This document shows, one piece after another, positions 63,479 to 64,000 of a stretch of DNA of 64,000 nt (positions are counted from its first letter, which is position 1; the number at the start of each line of letters is the position of its first letter). Source of the DNA: Massalongia carnosa (taxonomy: Eukaryota); contig OZ287069.1 in NCBI GenBank assembly GCA_965645245.1, positions 806,001 to 870,000 on the forward strand. The letters run 5' to 3'. Under the pieces are notes generated by a model. It did no database searches. It saw only the letters and a program-made list of their open reading frames with translations, and was not told the DNA's origin. The position numbers and the translations under genes were made by a program.

Positions 63479-64000
63479 TCAGCTGTAACTCCGACGCCGA
63501 TGATCACGACGATCACGGGACCGCGAAAGGGAACGTGACGGGGTCCGGCGCCGCCTATCACGGGAGCGGGATGGAGAACGTGATTGCGAATACGACCGGG
63601 ACGAGCTGGTGTATGACGAGTAGCTCGAAACAGAACTTTGCGAATCCGAGTTGGATTCCGTCGCCGGCATCACCACCGGTGCCGGCTTTGGTGCGCTCTT
63701 CAGGTGTTCGCGCATTTCATCCGTCAAGCCGCCCATGCCAATGCTGGTAAAGTAGTTGATCGAGAAGCGTGTGTTTCGCGGGTTGTCGGTGGGGAAGATC
63801 CCTTCGTAGTTGGAGCGGAGAACGTCATCCTTCAGGCGCGCTTGCAGCATAGACATGCCGAGCGCCTCGGCAAGATCCTGGAAGAGGATCTTGATGAAGA
63901 TGCGACTGCTGGAAGTGGTCTCATCCTCGTTCAGGTGGATGATGGAGAGGACGTGCCATCCGATACCGTCGGTGCTGAGCATATGACCAAAGAACCGAGC
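63479..64000 (-). CDS. CWC22: Pre-mRNA splicing factor Cwc22, 3' part only (continues beyond the window)
   Basis: [38 protein letters not shown] and an RS-rich tail. Confidence 0.93.
   Translation of the reverse strand, partial: ARFFGHMLSTDGIGWHVLSIIHLNEDETTSSSRIFIKILFQDLAEALGMSMLQARLKDDVLRSNYEGIFPTDNPRNTRFSINYFTSIGMGGLTDEMREHLKSAPKPAPVVMPATESNSDSQSSVSSYSSYTSSSRSYSQSRSPSRSRDRRRRTPSRSLSRSRDRRDHRRRSYS

Overview
Intron-rich genomic DNA from a filamentous ascomycete (Pezizomycotina; species not determinable here). About 17 host genes are recognisable: a SUN-family glucanase, ERV41, a DUF202 membrane protein, POB3, RPL22, translin, NNF1, a G3BP/Bre5-like protein, a septin-like GTPase, HSP90, a Pho4/NUC-1-like bHLH factor, a BCAS3-like propeller, the 3' end of CWC22, a secreted protein with four Cys-rich repeats, and several hypotheticals. 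There are four transposons: an apparently intact tyrosine-recombinase (Ngaro-type) retrotransposon at ~15.55-19.87 kb, an abutting decayed piggyBac-like element, a decayed Tc1 upstream of HSP90, and a near-intact Tc1 (DD34E) with TIRs and TA target duplication. The best candidate for an undescribed system is the expression logic of the YR retroelement. Gag and RT/RNaseH are in one frame separated by a single UAG followed by an 18-bp stem-loop (predicted readthrough). The YR ORF has no usable ATG but starts at a consensus branch point and 3' splice site, in phase with an AG|GTGAGA donor in gag (predicted spliced GagN-YR). I also found none of the long split or inverted terminal repeats expected for this class. 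A second window-wide signal is a recurring 0.5-0.9 kb unit that is C-rich on the left and G-rich on the right, regardless of gene direction. All calls come from reading the sequence by eye; no database searches were run.
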